A stretch of 64,000 nucleotides of DNA, taken from an uncultured Acidimicrobiales bacterium. GTDB taxonomy: Bacteria > Actinomycetota > Acidimicrobiia > Acidimicrobiales > SHLQ01. Made by a program: the position numbers and the translations under genes. Shown in pieces: positions 27,447-35,351 of the stretch; the first letter of the stretch is position 1; each line of letters opens with the position of its first letter. The notes under the pieces were generated by a model. The model was not told the origin of the DNA. It was given only the letters and a program-made list of their open reading frames with translations, and did not search any database. The DNA lies in NCBI GenBank assembly GCA_937934655.1, contig CALGZB010000245.1, positions 13,448 to 77,447 of the forward strand. The letters are read 5' to 3'.

Positions 27447-28778
27447 TTAGGCAGCGGCGGCCGGATTCCCGGGTAGAAGTATGTCGAGTTGGCTTTGACG
27501 CTCAGGTCGTCCGAAGAGGAACCCCTGCGCAAGATCGCAACCCATTTCGGTGAGCATGGTGCGCTGTTCGAGGTGCTCGACGCCGGTGGCCATCGCAACG
27601 ACACCGAGTTCGTGAGCTAGCGACACCATGTGTTGCACGATGATTGTGTCTTCGCTTGAGATTCCGAGCCCGGCAACGAATGCTCGGGGAATCGTGATGG
27701 CGTCAACGTTGACATCGCGCAGGGTCGTCAACGTCGAGACCCCGACACCGAAGTCGTTCAGACCAATCCGAACGCCCTCCTGTTTGAGTCGGCGAAGCCG
27801 AGACCATGTTTTCTCTTGGTTGTGCTGAAGCGCTTGATCGGTGATGTCGAGCAAAAGACGTTCGGGTGAGAGTCCGCTTGCCGAGACCGCTCCAAGAACC
27901 GAATCGGCAAACTTTGGTTCCTCAAGGTGGGTGCCGGCGATGTTTACCGAAACCATGAGCGACCGGTCCATTCGCTTACTCCATCGTTGCACCGAACGGC
28001 ATGCCTCCTCCATGACCCATCGATAAATGGGTATGGCGAGTTCGGATCGTTCGACAAGATGAAGGAATTCGCCTGGGAGGCTCATCTGCATGCCATCGAT
28101 CGATCCAGCGGGGTCGATCCAGCGAAGGAGGGCCTCGAAACCGATCAGGTTCTTGTCGCCGGGGGTCACGATTGGCTGGTAGTACAGGCAGAATTCGTTG
28201 CGAGCAAAGGCTCTCTCGAGTCGGTCGTCGACTTTTGAGACCGCGGCGTCACTTTGGGTGACGTCGTTGACATACACGGCAAGATCGAGTCCGGACCGTT
28301 GCGCATCTCGCAGCGCGCTGCGGGCGCTGGCTAAGAGGTCGGCGCCTTCTCGATGGGGCGGCTGACGCAGAACGCCACCGACGGTCACGCTTGGGATAGC
28401 GATGGTATCGCCGGTCTCGATTGGCTCTCGGACGATCGTCAGAAGGCTTTGGCACAAGCGTGGAAGGTCAAGGCTGTTGACATCGTGGAGCAAGATCTGA
28501 AACTCGGGGCCCAAGCCACGGGCGATGTGCCCGTCATCGGCGCCGATGACAGCAACCAGACGTTCGGCAACGCTGGCAAGCACGTAGTTTCCGTGATCGG
28601 GCCCAAATTGATCGTTGATATCGGACAGGTTTTCGAGCCGAACAAGGATCACCGACGACGGAGTCGTGGTCAGAGGGGTGGCAACGGCGTTATTCACCCA
28701 CCGAAGAAAAGCCTCGCGTGGCGCCAGCCCAGTGATCGGGTCGGGGTGGTGTTCTCTCAAAATCGACTTACGGAACAT
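27447..28778 (-). CDS. Sensor-less GGDEF-EAL protein, paralog of the downstream gene; GGDEF degenerate, EAL triplet intact
   Basis: DPITGL, a GGDEF site reading LGPEF, and FEALLRW. It shares DITDQ, NDFGVG and ITIPR with its neighbour. The EGVE position reads ATGVE. Confidence 0.8.
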   Translation of the reverse strand: MFRKSILREHHPDPITGLAPREAFLRWVNNAVATPLTTTPSSVILVRLENLSDINDQFGPDHGNYVLASVAERLVAVIGADDGHIARGLGPEFQILLHDVNSLDLPRLCQSLLTIVREPIETGDTIAIPSVTVGGVLRQPPHREGADLLASARSALRDAQRSGLDLAVYVNDVTQSDAAVSKVDDRLERAFARNEFCLYYQPIVTPGDKNLIGFEALLRWIDPAGSIDGMQMSLPGEFLHLVERSELAIPIYRWVMEEACRSVQRWSKRMDRSLMVSVNIAGTHLEEPKFADSVLGAVSASGLSPERLLLDITDQALQHNQEKTWSRLRRLKQEGVRIGLNDFGVGVSTLTTLRDVNVDAITIPRAFVAGLGISSEDTIIVQHMVSLAHELGVVAMATGVEHLEQRTMLTEMGCDLAQGFLFGRPERQSQLDILLPGNPAAAA

Positions 28779-28848
28779 GTGTGAACTATCGGCAACTGTT
28801 AGCCCGTCTCAAGGCCCGTCAGAGCAAGGCCGATGAAAATGGGAACCC

Positions 28849-29955
28849 ATGTCTTCAGAATCAGTGTCTTCCGAACTCGATACCCCCTCCCCGGCCGCAA
28901 CCGCCCCGGTCCGCTCCACTGGCGCCGTTGTGGCTGCCGTTGTCCTCCTCGTTGCGCTGGCCGCTACCGCCGCATGGCTGATTCGGGGTCAGCTCGCGAA
29001 CGACAGCCCAATCCAAGCGCAGGAATGGGTGCCCCTCCCGCCCAAGGAATGCATCCCGGGTGAGTCATCGGACATCTTGGTCCCAAATTGTGGAGCATGG
29101 ATCGGCTCAACCGACCGACGAAACGACAACCTCGATCTCGCCGTTCAGGAACAAATCCTCGGCGAGACCATCGACCTGGTTCGTCTCTACGCAGTTGGGC
29201 CCGACGCAACGTTCTTCCCGGTCGAACATCAGACACTGGCCGATGGCGGGCGGACGCTGGTGTACTCATGGAAGGTAAGCACCGATAACGCGGCTGGGCC
29301 GGTGTGGCGCCGAGTCGCCAGCGGCGAGTTCGACAACGAGCTGCGTCGGGCGGCAAACGAAATCGTCGCGTCCGGCCACCCGGTGCTGTTTTCGTTGCAC
29401 CACGAGCCCGAGGACGACTCGGAGACGCTCGGTGGTTCGTATGGAACTGACGCCGACTACCGGGCAATGCTTCGGCACGCCCATGAAATTATGGAGCCCA
29501 TTGGCGGCGATCAGCTGATTTGGTTTGTGAACTACATGGGGCACTCGTTTGGTTCCTTCGACCAGGTCGAAGCGATGTACCCGGGCGACGACATGCTCGA
29601 TTGGGTGTCGTGGAATCCCTACAACTGGTTTGGTTGTCACGGCGATGCTCCGTGGAAAGGGTTCGCCGAACAGGCCGCGCCGTTCTACGACTGGGCCCGC
29701 ACCAACCACCCTGATATGCCGTTGATGATCGGTGAAACCGCCACCAACGAGGACCCTGCCGACCCGCAGGCCAAAGCCGAGTGGATTCTCGATATGGGTA
29801 CAACACTCCAGGCAGAGATGCCCCACATCCGAGCGGTGCTTTGGTTCCAGCAGAGCACCGACACCGGGTTCTGTGAGCGACGCTGGGATTCCTCGGCCCC
29901 ATCGACCGATGCGTTCGCCGAGCTCGCTGCGTCGGAGTACTTCTCGCCCCGTTAG
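28849..29955 (+). CDS. Membrane-anchored glycoside hydrolase, clan GH-A (GH26-like)
   Basis: N-terminal TM helix AVVAAVVLLVALAATAAWLI. Candidate acid/base residue in SLHHEPEDD and nucleophile in LMIGETATNE. WNPYNWF aromatic block. The family call is tentative. Confidence 0.45.
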   Translation: MSSESVSSELDTPSPAATAPVRSTGAVVAAVVLLVALAATAAWLIRGQLANDSPIQAQEWVPLPPKECIPGESSDILVPNCGAWIGSTDRRNDNLDLAVQEQILGETIDLVRLYAVGPDATFFPVEHQTLADGGRTLVYSWKVSTDNAAGPVWRRVASGEFDNELRRAANEIVASGHPVLFSLHHEPEDDSETLGGSYGTDADYRAMLRHAHEIMEPIGGDQLIWFVNYMGHSFGSFDQVEAMYPGDDMLDWVSWNPYNWFGCHGDAPWKGFAEQAAPFYDWARTNHPDMPLMIGETATNEDPADPQAKAEWILDMGTTLQAEMPHIRAVLWFQQSTDTGFCERRWDSSAPSTDAFAELAASEYFSPR

Positions 29956-30743
29956 GTCGGAGGTGCGTTCAGGACCTGCGCAAGGACCTCGGGAACGTCT
30001 TGCTGATGAACGATCGTCAGCCGTGACGTGGTTCGGGTGAGCGCGACGTAAAGCAAACTCAGTCCGTTGGGCTGTTCAAGGATCTGCGCTGGCTCGACCA
30101 CGATGACCGAATCAAATTCGAGTCCTTTGGACTTCCAGGCCGACAGCCACTGCACTCCCTCGCGAACGAATCGAGCCGATTCGCTTGCGCCGATTACCGC
30201 CACCTGCCCCGCTGGCAGAGCCATACGTTCGGCCAGAACGACGTCGGTGATCTGATCGATGTCGTCGACTCGGACAGTGGTTGGCGGGTACCCCGACGTT
30301 CGAATCGACTGAGGAGCGGCAAGCTCGGGCGCGAGCTCGGCAAGCACCGCCGAGGCGAGGTCATTGACCTCGGCCGGCGACCGGTAGTTAATGGTGAGCT
30401 CTTGGTAGCTGAAGTCCTTGACCGTTTCGGGAAGGTGATCGCGCCAGGATCCAGGCTCACCAATAGAACGTTGCGCAAGATCGCCAACGATGGTCATCGA
30501 CCCGCCACGAGCACGGCGAGTAATCATCCGCCACTGCATGGGGGTGAGGTCCTGGGCTTCGTCGACGATGACATGCCCGAACCGCCATGCCCGTTGGCCC
30601 GCCGCGAGTTCTTGCAGCGTGACGCCGTGATCGACGAACGCATCGTCGACGTTGTCGACCGCGATCTCCGACATCGGGATGCCATCGTTGTCGAGCAGCG
30701 GGTAGCCCTCGGGTTGCTCTCGCAGCACATGGTCGTCAGTCAT
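29952..30743 (-). CDS. C-terminal part of a HelD/UvrD-like helicase (motifs II-VI)
   Basis: HVIVDEAQDLTPMQW (motif II), SMTIVGDLAQRS (III), KGLEFDSVIVVEP and LLYVALTRTTSRLTIV (VI). The ATG follows the TAG of the upstream ORF directly and in the same frame. Confidence 0.75.
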   Translation of the reverse strand: MTDDHVLREQPEGYPLLDNDGIPMSEIAVDNVDDAFVDHGVTLQELAAGQRAWRFGHVIVDEAQDLTPMQWRMITRRARGGSMTIVGDLAQRSIGEPGSWRDHLPETVKDFSYQELTINYRSPAEVNDLASAVLAELAPELAAPQSIRTSGYPPTTVRVDDIDQITDVVLAERMALPAGQVAVIGASESARFVREGVQWLSAWKSKGLEFDSVIVVEPAQILEQPNGLSLLYVALTRTTSRLTIVHQQDVPEVLAQVLNAPPT

Positions 30744-32381
30744 CTATGAGCCCGCCGGTCGTTCGTAATCGAGATATTCATCTTCCACGAGTTCCTCGAG
30801 AGACCACAGTTCTTGTTCTTTCTCTTCGGATTCATCGTCAAGATAGTCATCGGCATCATCGGACTCGTCGTAGGCATCGGCCATTTCGAACTCATCGGCT
30901 TCGTCACGTTCGACGGTGCGTTCCGAATCGATGCCGCCGCCTAGGGCTCCTCCAACGACGGCAAGGAGTTCGTCGAGAAGCGGAACATCGGCCTCGCTCC
31001 ATCGCCGGCGGTCGAGGTTTCGTTCACGGTCACGATCGCGTGCCAACAGGTCGCGTTGTTCGTCCGACAAACCAGCCGTCGCAGAAGCGGCCCGGAGGAT
31101 CGATGGCGAACCGAGCGTGTCGTTGAGGGCCTGTTCGGGGGTAAGTCTTGGCCAGTGTTGAAGAAGAAACAGGTCCACATCGGTTGACGACTCAAACGCG
31201 GCCCGAGCTTCCTCGAGGTCGCCAAAGGACGGGTCGTAGCCGGCGGCGGACAGCGCATCGATGAGCGCTCCCCGGAAAGCTGCGGATCCGTCGTTGTGCG
31301 TGCGGTGACGTTGGGCGGTGTCAAACATTTCCGTGACCTGGTCAACACCAAGGCTGACCTTGGCCGAGCCGTACCAAGCCGAAAGACCAACAGAGGGGCG
31401 GCGGCGTCGAAGCGCTACCGCGGCAGAAAGGAACTCGGCCATAACGGCTAGTCCCTTTACGTGAGCCGTCTCGGGCGTGTCGACTCGCCCCATGAGGATC
31501 CCGGGATACAACTCGGCGGCGGTAACAGACACCACGCCGGTTTCGCCGAGCGATGGCAGTACGCCACTGATGTAGTTGAGGAACTCGTTGGTGGGGCCGA
31601 CAACGAGCACGCCGCTCTCGGCGAGTGCAGCGCGCTGGTTGTAGAGCAGGTAGGCAGCGCGATGCAGCGCGACGACGGTCTTGCCAGTGCCCGGACCGCC
31701 CTGGACGATGAGCGCCCCTTTTGCCGGAGCCCGAATGACGGCGTCCTGCTCGCTTTGGATGGTGGCAACCACACTCTTCATGCGCCCGTCGGAGGGCTGA
31801 TTGAGCGCCGCCATGATGGCCGCTTCACCGCGAAGACCGATGGTGTTCTCCATCGTCACGGCGTCGAACACTTCATCGGAGTAGCCCGTGAGCTGGCCAG
31901 TTATGGGGTCATACAGCAGGTGGCGCCGGTGGGTGATCCCGAGATTGTCGAGCGGCGTCGCCCGGTAGAACGGTGCCGCAGCGTGGGCACGCCAGTCGAC
32001 TAGCAGCACATCGTCGCCCTCGTCGGCGGCGTAGTCGATAACGCTGAGGCGCCCGACATAGGTTCGTTCGTGGTCGGCGGTCGTGATGTGGCCAAAGGCA
32101 AGCGCCTGCCCGACTGCTTCGAGTTCGCGAACCCGCCGAATTGCGTGCATCGCCCGCGCCGATGCCTGCCGAACCGAAACCGCTTGGGCGGCGGCTTCGC
32201 CTTCACCATCGTCGTCGGCGAGGTCTCGGATACCGTCCTCGGTTTGTTCGGCCGACTCGTCGGCGAGACGGGTGGCGTTCGCGCGCGCGTCGTCGAGGTG
32301 CCGGGCGTGAACCTGACGGATGTGGGCCAGAGCTGCGTGCTCGACGGCGAGTTCGGAAGCGGGTGAATCGTCGATACTCAA
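30744..32381 (-). CDS. N-terminal part of a HelD/UvrD-like helicase (Walker A, domain 1A, acidic tract), ending at an in-frame TAG
   Basis: VQGGPGTGKTVVALHRAAYLLY (Walker A) and VVGPTNEFLNYI (Ia). A hyper-acidic tail of about 50 aa (DEADEFEMADAYDESDDADDYLDDESEEKEQE...). Start is uncertain: TTG at 32381 (MSIDDSPAS) or the ORF-track ATG at 32537. Confidence 0.7.
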   Translation of the reverse strand: MSIDDSPASELAVEHAALAHIRQVHARHLDDARANATRLADESAEQTEDGIRDLADDDGEGEAAAQAVSVRQASARAMHAIRRVRELEAVGQALAFGHITTADHERTYVGRLSVIDYAADEGDDVLLVDWRAHAAAPFYRATPLDNLGITHRRHLLYDPITGQLTGYSDEVFDAVTMENTIGLRGEAAIMAALNQPSDGRMKSVVATIQSEQDAVIRAPAKGALIVQGGPGTGKTVVALHRAAYLLYNQRAALAESGVLVVGPTNEFLNYISGVLPSLGETGVVSVTAAELYPGILMGRVDTPETAHVKGLAVMAEFLSAAVALRRRRPSVGLSAWYGSAKVSLGVDQVTEMFDTAQRHRTHNDGSAAFRGALIDALSAAGYDPSFGDLEEARAAFESSTDVDLFLLQHWPRLTPEQALNDTLGSPSILRAASATAGLSDEQRDLLARDRDRERNLDRRRWSEADVPLLDELLAVVGGALGGGIDSERTVERDEADEFEMADAYDESDDADDYLDDESEEKEQELWSLEELVEDEYLDYERPAGS

Positions 32382-32528
32382 GCATTCCAGCGAACGGCCT
32401 GAAGTCCTCGGGCAGTCGGCACTTCTTTTCGCGGTCGTTTGGCCTGACCTTCGTTGTGAAAACCCTGTTGGAACGACTTTTCCCGCCGATTGGCACAGAA
32501 GCCCACTCGTCCCAGTGGAGACATTTTC

Positions 32529-33407
32529 ATGGAACAACGACCTTGGTCGGACGCTCTTCGAGCGGTCCCCGCCCTACAGGACGGCGACCTCGCGGTTGCT
32601 CGGAAGGCAGGAAGCGCGCTCGACAAACTCATCGGACTTACCGATGACCCCTTCCACCACATCGGAATCGTGGTGGAACGAACGATCGACGACCAGACGG
32701 AGCCGTGGGTAATCGAGCACACGTTTGCCGGATGCACGGCGCGGAAACTCAGTGTGTTCGTGGATCACTACGACGATGTCGGGTTCGTCTACCTCGATCT
32801 CCCGCCTGAGGAGCGAGCGCACCTGCGGCACACGGCGCTGGGGTACCTCGGCACCACACCCCGTTATGCATGGGACGAGGTGTTCCTTGTGGGTATGTGC
32901 GCTCTTGCTCGCAAGACCCGCGGAACAAAACACTCGCTTTCTCGGCGCCGGTGGTTGACGTCGCTCGAAGCAGCGATCCACCGTCGGAACTCGTCGGAGC
33001 GCCGAGCAGTCTTCTGCACCACCTTTGTGATGCAACTGTTCGCCGACGCCAACATCGCGACGCCGAAGCACCTCGGTTTGCTGGCGCCTCCTCGCTCGTG
33101 CACGACCCAACGACTTCGTGCGAGCAAGCACGACAAGATGATGCGGCGTCCGCTACCCGTGCAGATGCTGGCGGGCGTTGGTTCGCTGATGGTTCTGCTG
33201 TGCTCGGCGACAACCTTGATGTTGTCGTTAACCTTCACTGGCCGGCCGGCCGCGTCACCCCCGCTACTTTCGCCCAGCGACTTCTGGCGGCATATGCCGG
33301 CGCAACACCGGTGGGCCCGCCAAAACAACACGGGGCCGACGCCAGAAGAACGGACGTCGACCCAGGTGCTGCTGGGACGCTCTAAGCAGCGGGAAATCGC
33401 AGCATAG
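32529..33407 (+). CDS. Putative permuted papain-like amidase (YaeF/YiiX, C92-like); C-terminal third of uncertain frame
   Basis: GDLAVARKAGS...HHIGIVVE...WVIEHT...YAWDE...VFCTTFVMQLF resembles the YiiX order (GD..., H, ..., C). An alternative ATG lies at 32490. The region after about 33100 has two competing coding-like frames. Confidence 0.4.
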   Translation: MEQRPWSDALRAVPALQDGDLAVARKAGSALDKLIGLTDDPFHHIGIVVERTIDDQTEPWVIEHTFAGCTARKLSVFVDHYDDVGFVYLDLPPEERAHLRHTALGYLGTTPRYAWDEVFLVGMCALARKTRGTKHSLSRRRWLTSLEAAIHRRNSSERRAVFCTTFVMQLFADANIATPKHLGLLAPPRSCTTQRLRASKHDKMMRRPLPVQMLAGVGSLMVLLCSATTLMLSLTFTGRPAASPPLLSPSDFWRHMPAQHRWARQNNTGPTPEERTSTQVLLGRSKQREIAA

Positions 33408-33413
33408 GTAGCG

Positions 33414-34259
33414 TTATGCGGTGGCTTCCTCGGTTGCGTTGTCTGCCCCGCCGAATCCGCCGCGCTGGCCGCCACGACGTCCGCTGCGGGAGAAGTCGGC
33501 TTCGCCGTTCACGATGGCCTCGATCTTCTCTTCCATCTGGGCGAGCTTGTCAGCTGCATCTTCTTCAGTAATACGGCCACTCTCGACGGCAACGTCGATG
33601 CGTGCGGCAGCGTCAGCTACGAGTGCTTCGACAACCGCGTCGACGGAGACGCCGTTTGCCTCGGCAAGTTCAGCGATGGTGGTTCCGGCGGCCTTGGCTT
33701 CTTGGAGTTCTTCAGCCGAGATACCGAGCACGTCGGCGATGGTTTCGCTTTGCTGGCCACGGTTACCGTGGTTGCCATGATGGCCACGGTTTCCTCGGTG
33801 GCCCTTGCTTCCGCCTTCGCCGTTGATAACGGCTTCGACCTTCTCGGCCAAGCCGTCACGACGCTCGGCGGCTTCTTCGTCGGTGAGGCGACCATCTGCA
33901 ACCGCTTCGTCAATTTTTTCGTTTGCCTGGGCGACGAGGAAGTCGACGAGGTTCTGCACGTCAACGCCTTGAGCCTCGGCGATTTCGGCGAGGGTTGAGC
34001 CGGAGCTGAGCGCTTCGGTCAGTTCGTCGGCGGTCATTCCAAGAACTTCAGCGATTGCTGCACGACGCTCGGCCTTGCTTGCTGAGCGGTCGCTGCGTTC
34101 GGTGCTGTCTTGTTCTTCTTGAACCTCGGGGGCATCTGGCGTGTCGGCATCCTGTGCACCGGCAGAGGTGACGTCACTGGTGGTGGCACCAAAGACACCG
34201 CCAACAAACATCGCTGTTCCAAGTCCTGCGGCGGTGAGAGTTTTTTTGATGGGGGTCAT
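33414..34259 (-). CDS. Secreted protein with two ~80-aa internal repeats separated by a His/Gly/Asn/Arg-rich linker
   Basis: Signal-like N-terminus MTPIKKTLTAAGLGTAMFVGGVFGA. Repeat 1 covers 33816-34058 and repeat 2 covers 33501-33743 (IA(E/D)VLG(M/I)(T/S)A(D/E)EL...VNGE). The linker is GSKGHRGNRGHHGNHGNRG. Confidence 0.6.
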   Translation of the reverse strand: MTPIKKTLTAAGLGTAMFVGGVFGATTSDVTSAGAQDADTPDAPEVQEEQDSTERSDRSASKAERRAAIAEVLGMTADELTEALSSGSTLAEIAEAQGVDVQNLVDFLVAQANEKIDEAVADGRLTDEEAAERRDGLAEKVEAVINGEGGSKGHRGNRGHHGNHGNRGQQSETIADVLGISAEELQEAKAAGTTIAELAEANGVSVDAVVEALVADAAARIDVAVESGRITEEDAADKLAQMEEKIEAIVNGEADFSRSGRRGGQRGGFGGADNATEEATA

Positions 34260-34339
34260 TGTGATTCCTTTTCGGAGCCGATGGCTAGGGTTGTTCTCAC
34301 CACGAACTTCGTGATGTGAACTCCATGCTGCGGGTGCGC

Positions 34340-34393
34340 TGTAAGTAGTAGACCAAGGCTTTGTAAGGACTTTGTAAGAAGCAGTAATAAAAT
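34340..34393 (+). promoter_or_regulatory. Helically phased TGTAAG direct repeats plus an AT-rich -10-like TAAAAT immediately upstream of the 34400 ATG (probable leaderless promoter)
   Basis: TGTAAG at 34340, 34362 and 34373, giving spacings of 22 and 11 bp. The last two sit inside the 11-bp units CTTTGTAAGGA / CTTTGTAAGAA. TAAAAT at 34388-34393 ends 6 nt before the ATG. Confidence 0.45.
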
Positions 34394-34399
34394 CTTGCA

Positions 34400-35221
34400 A
34401 TGTCCTCTACTCCTGCGACAGCCTCGCCCGCTCCCCCATCGACCGGCGTGGGCCGGGCCCTCATTGCCGCTGGGGTTATCGGGATCATCGCCAGCCTTAT
34501 CGGGATCGTTGTGGTGTGGATGTTGCTCGACGACCTTGGCGATGGCGTCGATCAGTCGATCGAACTCACCACCGAGACACTCAATACGCTCGACGAGACG
34601 TTGGTGCTGGCCGACGACATCACCTCGACGGTTTCGGGCAGCACCGCCACTCTCGACTCGACGGTGCAACGACTGTCGGATTCGGTCGATGAGGGCAGCA
34701 CTGTACTCACGAGCTTGTCTGAGTTGAGCGGAACCGAACTGCCCGAGTCGATCGATGGTGTGGTGGAGGGCATCGACAACCTCACCGGCGTCGCCCGCAC
34801 GATCGACAACACCTTGTCGCAGCTAAGCGCAATCCCCTTTGGCCCCAACTATGACCCGGAGAACAGCTTCGCCGGCACCCTCACCGAGATTCGCGATGAT
34901 CTCGAGCCAACCGCCACAGAGCTGCGCTCCATCGCCCCGGATCTTTCCTCGCTGGCCACCACCGTGAGCGACTCTGAGGCCGATCTCGACCAGCTCAGCA
35001 GCGACATCGCCGCCCTTCGGGCGAGCCTTGAAGACACCACCCCGCTCATATCGGACTACCGCGATCGGGTGGCCGAGGCGCAGCGATTGGCTGCCGACAC
35101 CCAGGGCGACCTTGGGCGCGATCGCAACTTTGCCAAGGTTGTCAGCCTCATCCTCGGCCTAGCAATTGCCGTCGGCCAGCTCGTGCCGATCCTTTACGGG
35201 CGTGACCGACTTCGCACGTAA
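34400..35221 (+). CDS. Membrane protein with TM helices at both ends and a long Ser/Thr/Asp/Leu-rich helical ectodomain, hypothetical
   Basis: An N-terminal TM helix (ALIAAGVIGIIASLIGIVVVWMLL) and a C-terminal TM helix (VVSLILGLAIAVGQLVPILY) flank about 200 aa of low-complexity helical sequence. Confidence 0.6.
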   Translation: MSSTPATASPAPPSTGVGRALIAAGVIGIIASLIGIVVVWMLLDDLGDGVDQSIELTTETLNTLDETLVLADDITSTVSGSTATLDSTVQRLSDSVDEGSTVLTSLSELSGTELPESIDGVVEGIDNLTGVARTIDNTLSQLSAIPFGPNYDPENSFAGTLTEIRDDLEPTATELRSIAPDLSSLATTVSDSEADLDQLSSDIAALRASLEDTTPLISDYRDRVAEAQRLAADTQGDLGRDRNFAKVVSLILGLAIAVGQLVPILYGRDRLRT

Positions 35222-35351
35222 ACGCACGTTTTTTGCGTTTCTTGACCAAAACCTGACTGAAGAATTCGACGCATCCGATCGATGTTATTTGCACGCTCGT
35301 AATGAGCGAAGTGTGTCCTCACAATTCATCAGATCAGCAGGAGTCAAGGCA

